Of a stretch of 64,000 nucleotides of DNA, positions 38,771-52,696 are shown in pieces. Positions within the stretch are counted from its first letter, which is position 1. Every line of letters begins with the position of its first letter. The stretch comes from Camelus ferus. Taxonomy: Eukaryota. The position numbers and the translations under genes are program-made. The stretch covers positions 76,200,001 to 76,264,000 of the forward strand of contig NC_045697.1 of NCBI RefSeq assembly GCF_009834535.1, read 5' to 3'. The notes beneath the pieces were generated by a model. It made no database searches, was not told where the DNA came from, and saw nothing but the letters and a program-made list of their open reading frames with translations.

Positions 38771-39714
38771 GTGCCTACCCTTTCCTGCCCTGCCTCTCGT
38801 ACTCCCACGGTGTTCTAGGAGGCAGTCAGGGAATCTCAGCTTGTAAGAAGCATCTCCTGTCAAGTTCAGTGTGGCTCCGCTTGCATGCATGAGGTCGACA
38901 CTTCCTTGTCATCTGCCTGTCAATAACCATCCCTTTCCCTGAGGAATAGGGTCCCATCTCTGCCCTCAGCCTTCTCCTCTTAAGGCACAATATATCTAAA
39001 TTCTTTTACTTCCTTCATTGTGAGGACTGCTTCCTAAACATTTAGTCATCTCGGTTGTCCCCTCCAAGTGCCCTGGAGCATGCTTCATCTGGACACACAG
39101 ACCTGTCCCACATCAGCCTCACCGACTGCATGAAGGAGAAGAGGGTTTTCGTATGCTTTCAGGATAAACAGGGCAATAGAAACAGACTCAGTCCAAATCC
39201 CCAAAACCATAGCCATTTAACCAGGAGGGTAAGGCAACCATGAGCCTCTGATTCCTTTCTGTGACTAATGGGAGATAAGTCATTTAGTTTTCCATGAAGA
39301 GAGATCTATACTGATAAAGTTATAATCTACTTAAAAATCTTCCTTGGTCTCCCAGAAAGCTGTGCTGGTAAGAGACATGAATACATGTACCTTAAAGGAG
39401 ATAAAGGAGAAGCCACACCATGGCTCCAGCCAGCTGGCACACTACTTTGAAACCTCTCCTCCTTTAGTCAATGTTGGAATATAATTGATGATTATTTTTT
39501 TTTTCTTGTTTCTTGTGGTATTGTGGTCTTTCTCCTTAGAGGATAGTCATCCTTTTAAGTGGGATCCAACAACCTTTCTCAAAGGTTGGAAGTAAAAACG
39601 GAGCCCAAACTACTTTCAAATGATATTTAATATCAGGTTGTCAGGGTTTTGGAATAGGAAGGTTTTTGCATTAGGAGGTTACTTGCTTGGTTACATTATT
39701 TGATTTTGTGAAAA

Positions 39715-40176
<462 letters not shown>

Positions 40177-40394
40177 TCAATAACCAACACACATGCACAA
40201 TAGTTGCCCTCAACATACTAGTTTCTCTTTCGCCTGTAATGTGTTAAGTTATGCTGCAACATGGTTTAAAAATGCCATCTGGGTATATTCAGTTTCACAG
40301 TTTATGTTTGGTCTAGGTTGTCATTTGTGATGTAAACATGAACAAATGACAGCTTTCACCTTGCTCAGTTTGAAGGGGCTATCTCTGAAGACCT

Positions 40395-40715
40395 GCGTTT
40401 CTCAAGGTGAGACACGTGTCCCTTTGCTGGTTCACAGTGTGATATGAGGTGGTATACAATGAACTTTTTAAAAGCATTTTATTAGTTATATATTTACTTA
40501 ACATGTATTGGAAGAACTATTTCTAACATGCCAAATCTGTTATTTCGTAGGTATTATTCTTTAAGATGAACTAAAGAGAAAAGGAACGGACTTAAAGGGA
40601 AAATTTTAGAGTAAATATAAATATGCCTATTGGCCAATGCAACAAAAATTTTGAGGGAGATATGTGTGTAAATGTGTAAAAGGCTGTGTCATAAATGTGT
40701 AAAGTTTAGGACACA
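40395..40715. mobile_element. Possible hAT-Charlie MITE relic
   Basis: Ends 'cgtttctcaagg' ... 'aaagtttaggacacac' resemble Charlie termini; weak. Confidence 0.4.
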
Positions 40716-41349
40716 CCAACATAGGATACCTTGAGACCCAGGAGCTTTGTTTTCCTTGGTCTATTGGTGGTTGTAGATAAGTGCCAAGAATCTTACTGCT
40801 CTTGTTCTGGTATGTTCTAGATTTGTCTTTTAAACCTCAAAATTTCCTGCCCACCCCTGGCTCCTGTTCTGGCTCTTCCCTGTCCTTGGAATGCCCTTTC
40901 CAATCCTCTGCAGCTCTCCTGTTTCTCCATTGTTCAAGGCCCATTTCAGGTAATATTCTTCTGTGAAGCCATTCCCACCCATGCAGTCTCATAGCGTTTG
41001 CTTTTTCTGTTACCCTGTCTCGCACTGAACTCTCCCCTCCTTGGCCCCTGGGACAGAGCTTGCTAACCTGTGTGATATGCTGGGTGTTGAGTGGCCTTGG
41101 TTTGTATGGGATGATCAGTCTGGGGGAAGGCAAAGGCAAAACCAATTCAAGCAAGCAACAGATCAAAGTAGGCTGAGAATTTATTAGCTCTGCTCATAAA
41201 TATTCTTCCAAGTTGACCTACTATCCATCAGGCCAGCCAAGAAAGCTCACATTCTCTCGTATTATAAATTACATCATCAATCACCTAGGAACAATACTGT
41301 TCATTTTCAGGTGGCTTGCTTCTTCATTAGTCAAAATCCTAATTTCATT

Positions 41350-41990
41350 AATTTTTCTGAATTCTGGATTTCAAATTGTGAAGTCAAAGGATAGATGCAT
41401 TTTTTAAATTTTGATGTTTTGCCAAGTTGTCCTTGAGGAAAGTTGCATAATTTATCTCTCACTACACACTTGCCGACATGCTTGCTTTAACTTTAGGTGT
41501 GCAGGTTAAAATAAGGGTATTTCATTGTTGTGTAAATCTGCTTTTTAAAAATTATAAGTCATGCTTATATTTTTAAATTATGAGTCATGTCTATATAATT
41601 ATAAGAAGCTTTTCATGTTTGTCCTTTGCTTATTTTTCTTTTTGCTTTTCTTACTTCTTCCTTCCCTACTTCTCTCCCTCTTTCTTTCCATCTTTCTTGC
41701 TTTTCTCTTTTCTTTTCTTTTTTTCCTACTGATTTATGAGATCCTTTTGTACCAAGCAGCATGTATTGGAAAAGTTTTACTCAAGTTTGTCTTTTTACTT
41801 TATTTGTAATGTTTTTTTCCTGCAGAATTTAAAAATTTTGAGACAAATTCAATAGGTCAATCTTTTTTTTCATTTATGGTTTCTGGGTTTTATGGTTTTC
41901 TTAAAAATAGCTTCCCCATAGAATTTTTTTTAATCTGCACATTTTGAAACTCAGATTTCTAATTTTCCAAAGGATGGTCTATATTTGTTC
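41350..41990 (-). mobile_element. Old L1ME ORF2 C-terminal relic
   Basis: T-rich antisense L1 text: 'gaagtcaaaggatagatgcattttt..ttgccaagttgtcct', 'tttatggtttctgggtttt'. Confidence 0.65.
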
Positions 41991-41997
41991 TGTCTCA

Positions 41998-42090
41998 GCG
42001 GCGCGCAGCGGCACCAGCAGCCCACGCAGCTCCCGGGCGCGGGGCGGGGCCTCTCCTGGCCTCCGGGCGGCCTCACGTCTCCCCCGCGCT
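41998..42090. promoter_or_regulatory. CpG-rich micro-patch with GC box
   Basis: 14 CpGs counted in 41999-42088; ggggcggggc at 42041-42050; AP-1 motif tgactca at ~42133. Confidence 0.45.
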
Positions 42091-43171
42091 TTCCTTCTGT
42101 GCAGCTTGGCTTTGGCTTCAGCTCCTGAGCCCTGACTCAGTCCTTACTTGTTTGGATGTCTCTTGGAACCCACTTATTGAGCCCGTAGGCCTCAGTCTGG
42201 TATGTTACTGTTTGTTGACTGAATGTATCAGAGGACCTGTATTCAACAGAGCGGCGTCTGGAACAAAGTAAAGTTCGGTACTATTTCCACCTCCAACTGC
42301 TGCATTGAAATACCTTTTCACAGTTCAAAATGGTTAAATAGTTGAGGCTACTGATGGTGAAGACAAAATCAATTTTTCAAATTCTATCAGGATACTATTA
42401 AAAAAAACCCTGAGAAATATATATTTAGCTACATTCTATTTTACAATATTTGAAAAGATTGAATTATGGGTAATTCCTTTTAAATAATGGCATTGTCTAG
42501 CTGGGATGTGTAGGATGCTTGAAGCTTGAACTGAAGCCTTTTGGGAGGAAACATAGTAAGAAACTCTGCTAGAGCTGTTTTGAAGTGTCCTCACACTCTG
42601 AGGAGCGACTCCCATGGGTTTCCTGTGCCAGCTCCTTGTGGTCACGTCCCTTCTTGCCGAGTGCCATGTGACATCCATACCCGGTTGTATTTGTTTTTGT
42701 GGGATTTTTTTGTATTTATCACAAACAAATCAAGTCACTGATAAACTATTATAGACATACATTTTATTTCCCACTAAATTTGGTTCTTTTTGTTAAAAAT
42801 TATTCCACTTTTTGTTAGGGGGAAAGGGGTCTTAGGCTTTTCAAACAAGTCTGGAGGTATCGTAATAAGCCACCAACCAGCAACGCCTCTGTTTTCCTTC
42901 AAGGTCATTCCAATCAAACCGTAAGACATGGGAATTATTTTATGAAGACCTCACTAGGAAATTCCACACCATGTTGAAAAACACTGAAACAGTGAATATT
43001 ATCCACTGTAGGGAAATTGATATACTTAAACATTTTATGCTGTGTTTTAAACCCATAGTCTCTTGCTGTATCATCAAATGAAATGAAAAATACAAAGCAA
43101 AACAAAACAGAACTGGGTTTCATCATCTGAGATTGTTTTTCACGGGATTGGAACGTTTATTAAGTCTTGTG

Positions 43172-43365
43172 AAGTGATGTGCTGGAGCTGGACGGCACCC
43201 AGCTCAGGAATGACGAACATGTACATCTCTTCCCAACTCTGTTAAGTGACCTCATGTTGAGAGCTTGAAATTGGCTGTCATGGGAGTATTCACAGCATGG
43301 AAATTGGCAGGTACCAGACATCAGGGCTTTGGTTTCCAGAGAGCCATTTTACCAGCACACCACTG
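43172..43365 (+). mobile_element. MER63A (hAT-Blackjack) short element
   Basis: 'agtgatgtgctggagc' ... 'gagagccattttaccagcacaccactg' are MER63 termini. Confidence 0.85.
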
Positions 43366-43669
43366 GTTTCTGTCTACATACATTTTACCAAAGGAGGTGA
43401 ATAATAGGCTATTTCTTGAATATTCACTTTCTCTGTCACTATTGGTGAATATCTAAGGGATTAAGTAACTGAAAAGTCAACAGTTTGGCTTTAAATTATA
43501 GAGTAAGTATCTAGTTCTTGGTTTAGCAAGTGTGACTTAGCAACAAATAAAATTTTAACTGAAAAAGAACGTAAACGTTTTGTAGGCCTGTATCCTATCC
43601 TATGAATAACCCCAAAACAAGATTGCCATTGTTTTTTTCTGACCTGAAACTCTTCTCTCTTTTTACCAA

Positions 43670-44209
43670 TTAGTAGCATCTCAATGTTCCCATGGCAACT
43701 CCAGTTCCACATGGTTTAGGACGGCAGGATTGTTGACTCCACACCCACCCTCCTTTCTGCTCTCAAGGGTGTGCACATGACCAGGCCTGGCCAAAGAGCG
43801 TGCTACATGCCCATGGCTGCAAGATTTGTGCAGGGGTGAGCATGTGACTAGTGCTGGCTAATGGGATTGCTGCTTCCCAATGACCCTAGCAATAGGTCGG
43901 GTGAGGACCTTGACCCAAGCCATAGTGATTTCCAGAAACTGCTGGTGCTATCAAGACAGAGGAAACTCCACTCCTATTGCGTGGTCGGTGGAGTGTGAGA
44001 CTGAGGCTGAAGTTGCCATCTTTGCCACCATCTTAGTATGATGCCAACACAAAGGCAGGCAGAGCTGACTGATAGAGAGACTCCTAGTGATACCGTTTGA
44101 GCATCTTCTGTGCTGAATCTAGAATCACACTGAGCCAATGTATTTCCTTTTTGTTTAAGCCATTTTAATCAGTCTTTGCCACTTGTAATTGAGAGCTCTC
44201 ACTGATAGA
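43670..44209 (+). mobile_element. MLT1J/K-like MaLR LTR
   Basis: 'cacatgaccaggcctggccaa', 'gccatctttgccacca', 'tgagccaatgtatttcctttttgtttaagcca..ccacttgtaattgagag..ctgataga'. Confidence 0.8.
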
Positions 44210-44454
44210 GTTCCTTTCTATAATAACTCTGAGTACTCAGCAGCTGACTCGTGAATATGTCTAGAGACAGGGTCCTCAATATTTTGTGAAGCAGTTCACT
44301 TCCCTTTTGATGATTCTGAATATTAAAAGACTATATTGATCCTGAAGTTATCTCCTTTCATCGGTCCTCTGTGTATTGTTAGTGGCAACACTTGTAAGTG
44401 TACCTCTTTATTGGCCTTCCTGCCCTTTACAAACCTTGAGTTAATTACCATGAT

Positions 44455-44650
44455 TCTGCTGAATCTTCTCTAGCTTAGCATACTTAGCCTCCTCAAAGAT
44501 CCTGCATGATTTTCGTCCTCCTAGTAACACTCTTCTGGGTGTACAACAGGAACTCAACGTCTTTTTTTAAAATGCGGCTCACTCATAGACCCAATATTTA
44601 TCGCAAGGTTGAACGCAGTAGAGAGGGATTATTATCTTGTTCCACCTGCA
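44455..44650 (-). mobile_element. L3/CR1 LINE fragment
   Basis: 'caacgtctttttttaaaatgcggc..caatattt..gcagtagagagggattatt' resembles antisense CR1 RT text. Confidence 0.5.
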
Positions 44651-47600
44651 GGACTGACTGAGCGTGAAATGCCTGAGGGGAAGATGTATGGTTAAGATTT
44701 GGTTTCCGTTTCTATTTTTATTTATACTTCTATTTCTGTTATTTCACCCCTCCAGGGTTTATTTTCTCTTTCCACCCCAGGGGCCCACTCACCTTCTGTC
44801 CCCTCCTCTCTCTGCCTCACCACTGTTGCCTCTGCCCCTGCTCTTCCTCCAACCCAAGCTGCTGCTTATTGTAACAAACAGTAATGAAAAAATTTGACTC
44901 GTATATTGAGTTGAAGTATAAAATAAGTGATGTTTAACGTGCTACCTCCCTTCGGGTGTGTATGTTTTTCCATAGACAAAGCCTTGTTTAATTTTGGTCA
45001 AACAACAAAAGTTGCAATTGTAGGGTTTTAGCTGTGGTTGAACCGTTGGGAAGGTGCTTTATTGAAATTATATCATGTTTCAGGCCCTTACTTTGCTCAC
45101 AGAGTCTCTGCTGGCCTGAAATCTTCAGGGCCTTGCTTCCCAGCCTGTCCCACTGCCCCCTGTCATGTGGACAGCCTGCTCTTCTGAGCTTCGTGATCTC
45201 CAGCTGTGGTTTTGCCTTCTTAATCTTAAAGAAGTAAAATTCTTCTTATTTTCAACGGAAGACAGATTAGACAAAAACAAAGCAAAACAAAACAAAAACA
45301 AAAACTTGGAAGCTGGCACCATTTCTCCTGTGAAATGCACAAAGGTCCTCCTGTCACTGGGACAGAGGTGATGCCAATGTCCTGGATGGTGTCTGAGATA
45401 AGAATGAAGGTTACATATTTGACATCACAGTGCTTTTGAGATGACATATTTTGGCCATTTTAACCACTAAGTCCAACTCCATAGGTTTGATGGGTCAATC
45501 AGTCTATCTGATATCATCATTTAAATGACTAAAAATAGTAGATCAATGTCTTCCTTTTCATTTTAGACACATAGATTTCATCTGGCTTTAGCATTCTTTT
45601 GATATTGCTAAATAAGGGTTTTTTTTTTTTTTTTTGGTAGCTGTAATTGTACCCCCAGAGTTAGCCTAATTCCTGGCTCTTAAGAAATTTTTTGCAATTG
45701 TTTGTTAAAATAACATGTAAATATAAATATTCAAAGCAAAATCACAAAGCTATTTAAAACTGCTCCTCAATAGTTCACTTCTTTAGCAAGTTTAATGGAG
45801 TTTTTCTATAAGACCTATTTATGGAGGAAAGTTTATGATAATGTGGGTCCATCTGGTACTAAGTCCTAGGATGTTCATTTCTCAGAAGTCGCAGAAAGAC
45901 CTCTTTATTATATGGCCTTTCCCTACGTCAGTGTGTATTGGAAGTAGGCCACCAGGCCAGCATTATAGTGACATCCCTGTGCATACACACATTAATTTCC
46001 TCAAGAAATAGATGATTTTCACCAGGCTGGCTCCTTCTCAAAAATCGAAACTTAATTTTCCTCTGGGTTAGTTTTCGTGTTAAGAATCCTTTCCAAATCA
46101 CTTCCCAGTCTCTCTCCGTGAAACCACCGCTGGTTAATGGAAACCTAGGGCACCTGATGGAGTGGGGCACAATGGTAAGTCCCTTGGTCTGTTTTTTTCT
46201 TTGGATAAACAGGTCTTTTCTGAGGGCCCTGCTGGTGGTTTGATCCTTGGCAGTTACTCTCCTCAAAAACGTGTCTTACGAGAGCAAGCAGTTCTTCCGA
46301 GTAGAATGGGCACCTTTCAGAGTCCTTTCTGTTTGTTTAGTTTCTTGATTATATGAAGTACATTAAAGCCAGTCCAAGGCCCATTAACATAATTTTCATG
46401 CATGTTAGTTCTGGCAAAACACACTAGGCAGGAACTGTATGATAAATGAGATAAATAATTTTGATGGAGCAGTGAAATAAAATAAACTTTGCTATTTAAG
46501 AAAACAAACCATGACTGGTGATGTGCATGGGGATCAGTTTGTGTTGGGGTGGCATTCTGAGGGTGGCCTCTCATCCTTAGAGTGTTCTGAGCAGAAAGAG
46601 CTGCTGTCTAATTCTAATAAGGTATAGGTGCAGCTTTAAAATAAAATATTGGGAAGCCGATTGCCCTTTATTCAGGACTGGATCATCCGGGCTGTGGATG
46701 ATGTGAGGGTCCTTGTACTTCCTCTCCTGGGCTGCCTTTTAGCACTTTGCCTAAAGAATTGGGCAAGGCAGACAGAGAAATGAAATATGTATCCATACTG
46801 AGACTTACTAACACCTTGGGGAAGAACTCATTGGAGGCTGAGTGGATTCTTTCTAACAAGTTTAATTTTACTTAGCAGTTTATAGGCTGTTGTATGAGCA
46901 GGCCCTGCAAAAAGTGTCTATCCGAGTTAGTAGTGGAATCAAGGCTGGTGGGGCCTGGGCCAAAATAGAGTCTCTGTGTGCCCCCAAATCATGGAAGGTA
47001 GAAAGAACCTCAGATGAGACCTTGAGTGTTTGGGCTTTTTTTTTTTTTTTTTAAGAATTGTTTTAAATGGGCCCCTGGAAATAAGGTGAATGGCTTCACA
47101 GTGGGTTGATTGTTCCGACATCACCTGGGCTTTGCGTCATTGAGACCGCCCTCCTCCAGTGCAGAGCTGTGCTTCTTGATTCAGAGGAGGACACTCCCAC
47201 ACAGGTATGTGCGCCCTGGCAAAGATGGCAAAAATCACACTTGCGTAAGGTTTGGGTTTTCTTTTCACTCCTCAAAGACCGATCAGCTAGGAGAAGTTCA
47301 GGCAGTAAAGCAAGTAAAATTAATGAGATTATTGGGATGGTTGATGGATTTTAAATATCCTTGTGAAAGCTGCCTTCGTAACACTGTAAATAATTGTGAA
47401 CTGGTTGTATACCATGTGTGACAGGAAGCCCTTGAGTTTCTGCTCGTAAACACATGGAGAAATATAGCACCGTATCTCTACCACCCACCACACGTTCTAG
47501 CCTGTCTGTAGATAAATGAGCCATATGGATCTTCTACCATACTAGAACCCTCATTATCTCAACAGTATGATGGTGACGATTGCCTTAAAGTTTGGTTTTA

Positions 47601-47719
47601 GAATGTTGGGGAAATGGTGGCAGCATGATTTGGGGGTCTTCCTAAATTCCCCACAAAGAGCACAGGGTGAATTGTATGCTATATGAGTTATATCTAAACA
47701 AAGCTGTTAAAGTGTGTAA

Positions 47720-47746
47720 GTGTGTGTGTGTGTGTGTGTGTGTGTG
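47720..47746. repeat. (TG)n microsatellite
   Basis: Seen directly; a second (TG)n lies at ~48260-48282. Confidence 0.9.
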
Positions 47747-48291
47747 TTTATACATATGTATGAAAGCTCAGCATCCTAAACTGTAAGGGGAAAAAATGAG
47801 GACTAGAGCATAAAACCAAATGCCCATAAAATCCATGGGCAATATGTATGAAAAGCCAGGGAACAAAATAAACCAGTGAATCCTAAAATATGAGTCACAA
47901 GACCTGCACCTTCTGACATCTGTATAGGAGGAAACTGAGAGAAGCAGTGGGGCTGGATTTGATGAGTATGAGAACTGAAGAACCTCGAAACAGATGAAAC
48001 TGGGAACTAAAGCTAGCCAGCTTGATAACAACAGCTGATCTCGTCAGGCGCTTGCCCACCCCAGTTGCTAGTGACACAAGGGTCCCGTGTTAAGGCTTAA
48101 GGTGCCTGGAGCAGTACAGCCCCCGTGAGCCCTGACACTGACCCACCAGGGCTCTCTCCCAGCGCAGGGTCCCTCACTGAGGAGATGAAAGAAGGGGAAG
48201 GTCCAGATAAAAGTAGGTGGGTGGGGAAAACGCTAGGAAATCTTAGACACAAGCTGCTCTGTGTGTGTGTGTGTGTGTGTGTTTGTGATGG

Positions 48292-48652
48292 GCTTTATTT
48301 TTTAGAACAGTTTTAGATTTACAGAAAAATTGAGCAGATAGTACAGAGTTCCCAGATACTCCCCACCCAGCTTCCTCTATTAGAAACATCTTTAACACCA
48401 TATGTTAGTATGGTAGAGTTACTATAATTAATGAACTGATACTAATATATTATTATTGCCTAAGTTATACTTTACTCAGATTTCCTTAGGTTTCACCTAA
48501 AATCCTCTTCCTGTTCTGACCCCATCCAGAATGCCACCTTACATTTAGTTATCTCATCTCCTTAGTCTCTTCTTGGTTATAACAGTGTCCCAGACTTTCC
48601 TTGTTTTTGATGAACTTGACAGTGTCAAGGAGTGCTGGCCAGGTATCTGTAG
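48292..48652 (-). mobile_element. L1MC/MD 3' end nested in the older L1
   Basis: 'ttttagaacagttttagatttacagaaaaattgagcagatagtacagagttccc' is a typical antisense L1MC/MD terminus. Confidence 0.8.
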
Positions 48653-49346
48653 CTGTCATACATACATTTTAAAACAATTTACAAAAACAACAGAGGAGCG
48701 GTCTCTGTGAAGTAAGAAAAGTTGTATGAACGAGAACTCTTCCTAAAAGTTCAGGAAAATAATTTTACAGAAAAATTGGCTACAGAAAATCATTGAGGTC
48801 AAATTCTATATACAAAGGTTACTATAAGCAAAAAAGAGAATGGGGAGCAGAATAATATCTCTACAGGCAATAAAACATACCAGAAAGACATAAGCAAAAA
48901 AAAAAAAAAAAAAAGATAAAAATGATACTGTACTATTTCAAAACAAGCTAAATATTTGAAGAAAATTGTTCAAAGCCTGAAGGAACAACAAAACCAAAAT
49001 CTGAAGGACTCAGAAATCAAAGAATTGGTGTCAAAAATAATTAAAAATAAAAGAAAAAGTGAAGATTAAATTGGAAGAAATTCAAGAGTAAATAAATATA
49101 AGAAATAATTCCTTAAGGGAAATAGAAGGTGAAAAGGAGAAAAATTTTTAAATGTCAAAAAAAATGAGGAAAGAAATTTAAAAAGACTCAAGACAATGAG
49201 ACAGATATTTGAAGATAAGCAAAGAAAATTAAACATTCAGATAACAGGAATCCCTAAAAAAGAAAACCAATGGACAGGAATAAAACAAATACTAAAATTC
49301 CAGAAAATGTTTCTGAAATAGAGAAAAAAAAAAAATGAAAGTACCC

Positions 49347-49652
49347 TTTCCTTCTTTTATTTTTTTAATTGAAGTATAGTTGATTTGCAATGTTGTGTTA
49401 GTTCTTGGTGTACAGCAAAGTGATTCAGTTATACATTTGTCTATATACATATATATTCTTTTTCAGATTCTTTTCCAGTAGTGTTTATGTCAAGATATTG
49501 AACATAGTTCCCTGTTCTATACAGTAGGACCTTGTTGTTTATCTATTTTACATATGGTAGTTTGCATCTGCTAATCCCAAAGTCCTAGTTTATCCCTCCC
49601 ACCCCTTTCCTTTTTAGTAATGTAAGTTTGTTTTCTAAGTCTGTGAGTCTGT
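49347..49652 (-). mobile_element. Younger L1 3'-UTR-only fragment
   Basis: 'tttaattgaagtatagttgatttgcaatgttgtgttagt..ggtgtacagcaaagtgattcag'; degenerate TSD tgaaa(g/c)tac at 49336 and 49652. Confidence 0.9.
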
Positions 49653-50089
49653 GAAACTACATTTTAAAAAGCACACTGTGAATCTTAGAATATTGACCCA
49701 GAATGATCAACACCAAGAAAAATTCTTGTAAAATTACTGAACTTTGAAGAAAAAAAATCCTAGTCCTTTGTATATGTAGACAAAGAAAGCATATGATATA
49801 TAAGGAAAATCCAGTTATCATCAGACTTTTCAACAGCAATGCTTTATGCCAGAAGAAAATGGTATAAAATTTTTAAGACATTCAGGGAAAGAAAACGTGT
49901 GCCAAGATTTTATAGCTAGTAAAACTGAGTTTCAAGTAAAAACGGCATCAAAACTTGTAATCAGCATAGAAGAACTCAAGAAATAATGTTTTATGAACCT
50001 TGTAAAGATCCTTTTGACTTAGTTTTATATTGGAAATATCAGTCTAAACTTGTGAGATACTGTGTTTTAAAAAACTTAAGATGCATATC

Positions 50090-51310
50090 TTGTGTGTGTA
50101 CTTCCTAGCTCTGTTTGCTGAAAAGGTCTAGAAACAATAACCAACTCAGAAAGAATGAATATACCTAGGGCCCAGATATGGTCTTGAAATATCATTCCCT
50201 GTAAAAGAAACCAGGATTGGAAAATGGCTGATCCCAAGTCTGGGACAGGAGACATACAAGATGAGCGTGGAATGCCTTGTAATACTAGATAGCAAAGAAG
50301 CTATCAAATACTAGTAGGGTCATGTCTAATGGACTTGAAAACCAACTTGAAGACAAGGCTCCCACTGACCAATTTGAGCTTCAGAATAGATATGAATTGC
50401 AAAGGCTTGAAATCCATCAAATGTTTAAGTTTGTGTGTTCATAATTATATATATGGCTATACACGTATATATTCACACACATTTATGTATAGCAGTAGTT
50501 CATCACCTTCTGAAGATATCAGGGACCAATTCATTTCTTTAAAAACTGGATTGATAAAAGGGAAGAACTGAGCATTTATCTGCTTCTTCTTTATGAACTG
50601 TACCACTAGGTATCTCCTTATAAAATTATTAGAGCTAACAAATGAAAACAAAATGATAGAATTAGAATGCCACCATTTTGTAACTCCTAATGAGTGACTA
50701 GATCCAGGCATTGCATCAGTGGCTGCTAACATCAAAAACGAGTAAGCATCAGACATTATATGCCTCTTGATGGAAGAACACAACACCATCTGAGCTTTGC
50801 TAAGCTGAATCTGATCCAGTCTCTGGATCCAGCTGCCCATTTGCAGAAAATACCAAGGACCGAGGAAGGTAAGGAACTGTACAAAGGGTAGGCAATTAAC
50901 AAAATCCAGCCTGTGGGAAACATTATTGTTAAACAGCCTAAGATTTTTTTTCAAAAAGATAAATTATAAGGGAAAAAAAAGGCATGGAGGATAACTGGTA
51001 GATTAAAAGAGACTGAAAATATATATAAGATTTTAAAGAATGGGCAAGATTAAATGACAGTGTCTCAGGATGGGCACTTGGGTGATAAAACCAAAAGAAA
51101 TTATAAGGAAATGCTTGCTCTTAATCTCAGGATAGTAGTTATTTCTGTAGGAAGGGAAGGTGCTGTGATGGGCTGAGGTATGTGGAGGGGCTGCTGGGTG
51201 GCTAGCAGTTCTATTTTTTTGAACTGACTGTTGGTCACAGGCTGTTTACTTGATAATAATTCACTGTGCCATACTTTTGTGGGGTTTTTCTGTTATCTGT
51301 GTTTTATTTA
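50090..51310 (+). mobile_element. L1MC4/5-like 3' region
   Basis: 'cttcctagctctg..gctgaaaaggtctagaaacaat', 'ggaaaatggctgat', 'tagaatgccaccattttg', 'agacattatatgcctcttgatg'. Confidence 0.8.
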
Positions 51311-51344
51311 CTTTTATAAAGATGTTTTTTGAAAAGTTTTTTAA

Positions 51345-52405
51345 AAGGTGTTTTTATTTTTTTATTTTGTAAGTATATTTTTTATTGAAGTATAGTTGAT
51401 TTACAGTGTTGTGTTAATTTCTTGTGTACAGCAAGTGATTCAGATATATATCTATATCTATCTATCTATATCTATATATATCTATATATCTATATATCTG
51501 TCTATCTATATATATATATATATTCTTTTCATATTCTTTTTCATTACAGGCTATTACAAGGTATTGAATATAGTTCCCTGTGCTCTACAGTAGGACCTTA
51601 TTGTATATCTATTCTATATATAGTAGTTAGTATCTGTAAACCCAGAACCCTCAACTTACCCTCCCCCTACTTTTGCCCCTGGTAACCTAAGTTTGTTTTC
51701 TGTCTGTGAGTCTGTTTCTGTTTTGTAAATAAGTTAATTTGTGTCATTTTTTTAAGGTTCCACATAAAAGTGATGTCATATGGTATTTTTCTTTCTCTTT
51801 TTGGCTTACTTCACTTAGAATGACAATCTCCAGGTCCATCCATGTTGCTGCAGATGGCATTATTTTATTCTTTTTATGGCTGAGTAATATTCCATCATAC
51901 CACAAATTCTTTATCCAGTCATCTGTTTTTGGACGTTTAGGTTGCTCCCATGTCTTGGCTATTGTATATAGTGCTGCTGTGAACATTGGAGTGCATGTAT
52001 CTTTTTGAATTAGAGTTCTGTCTAGATATATGCCCAGGAATGGGATTGCTGGATCATATGTTGAGTCTATTTTTAGCTTTTTGAGGAATCTCCGTACTGT
52101 TTTCCATAATTCCTGCACCAAACTACATTCCCACCAGCAGTGTAGGAGGGTTCCCTTTTCTCCACAGCCTCTCCAGCATTTATCGTTTGTGGACTTTTTA
52201 ACGATGGCCATTCTGACTGGTGTGAGGTAGTACCTCGTTGTAGTTTTGATTTGCATTTCCTGATGATTAGAGATATTGAGCATTTTCTCATGTGCCTATT
52301 GGCCATGAGTATCTCTTCATTGGAGAAATGTTTGTTTAGGTCTTCTGGCCATTTTGGTATTGGGTTGTTTGTTTTTTGTTATTGAGTTATATGATCTGTT
52401 TGTAT
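51345..52405 (-). mobile_element. Younger 5'-truncated L1 (ORF2 C-terminus with Cys-rich motif + 3' UTR)
   Basis: Minus ORF 51744-52283 '[43 protein letters not shown]' is the L1 ORF2 C-terminus; expanded (TA/TC)n microsatellite in the 3' UTR at ~51443-51522. Confidence 0.95.
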
Positions 52406-52696
52406 AAATTGTTTTGTATAAATCTGTTTTTTTTTTAATTGTTTGTGAGATTTGATCTACTTTGACATTATGATGAATGTACTCCCAGAAAAATGTGCCA
52501 ACAACTGAATACTTCTTGCAGAGTCAGAGGGCTTATCTACAACTCCTGACACCCTGCCCCCCCCCCCCAGCGCCACCCAACAGGGAACCACGAACTCCAT
52601 ATGAAGAATTCTTGTTTAGAATGTTTTACTCAAAGGAAGGATAAGTTGAATTTAAAAAATTGCCATGAGCTGAAATGAACTCTTAGTTTTCACATA

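Larger units (their letters stand above)
47600..50010 (+). mobile_element. Old L1M/HAL1-like 5' UTR + ORF1 relic with nested insertions
   Basis: ORF1-like 'gaagataagcaaagaaa..aacattcagataacaggaatccc', 'atcagacttttcaacagcaatgctttatgccagaaga', 'aaactgagtttcaagta'. Confidence 0.65.

Noticed and set aside
51744..52283. 179-aa ORF as a host gene
   Set aside because: It is the L1 ORF2 C-terminus of a 5'-truncated copy.
51315..52432. Possible TSD tataaaNNtgtttttt around the 51.3-52.4 kb L1
   Set aside because: Low-complexity and mismatched; it cannot be distinguished from tail sequence.
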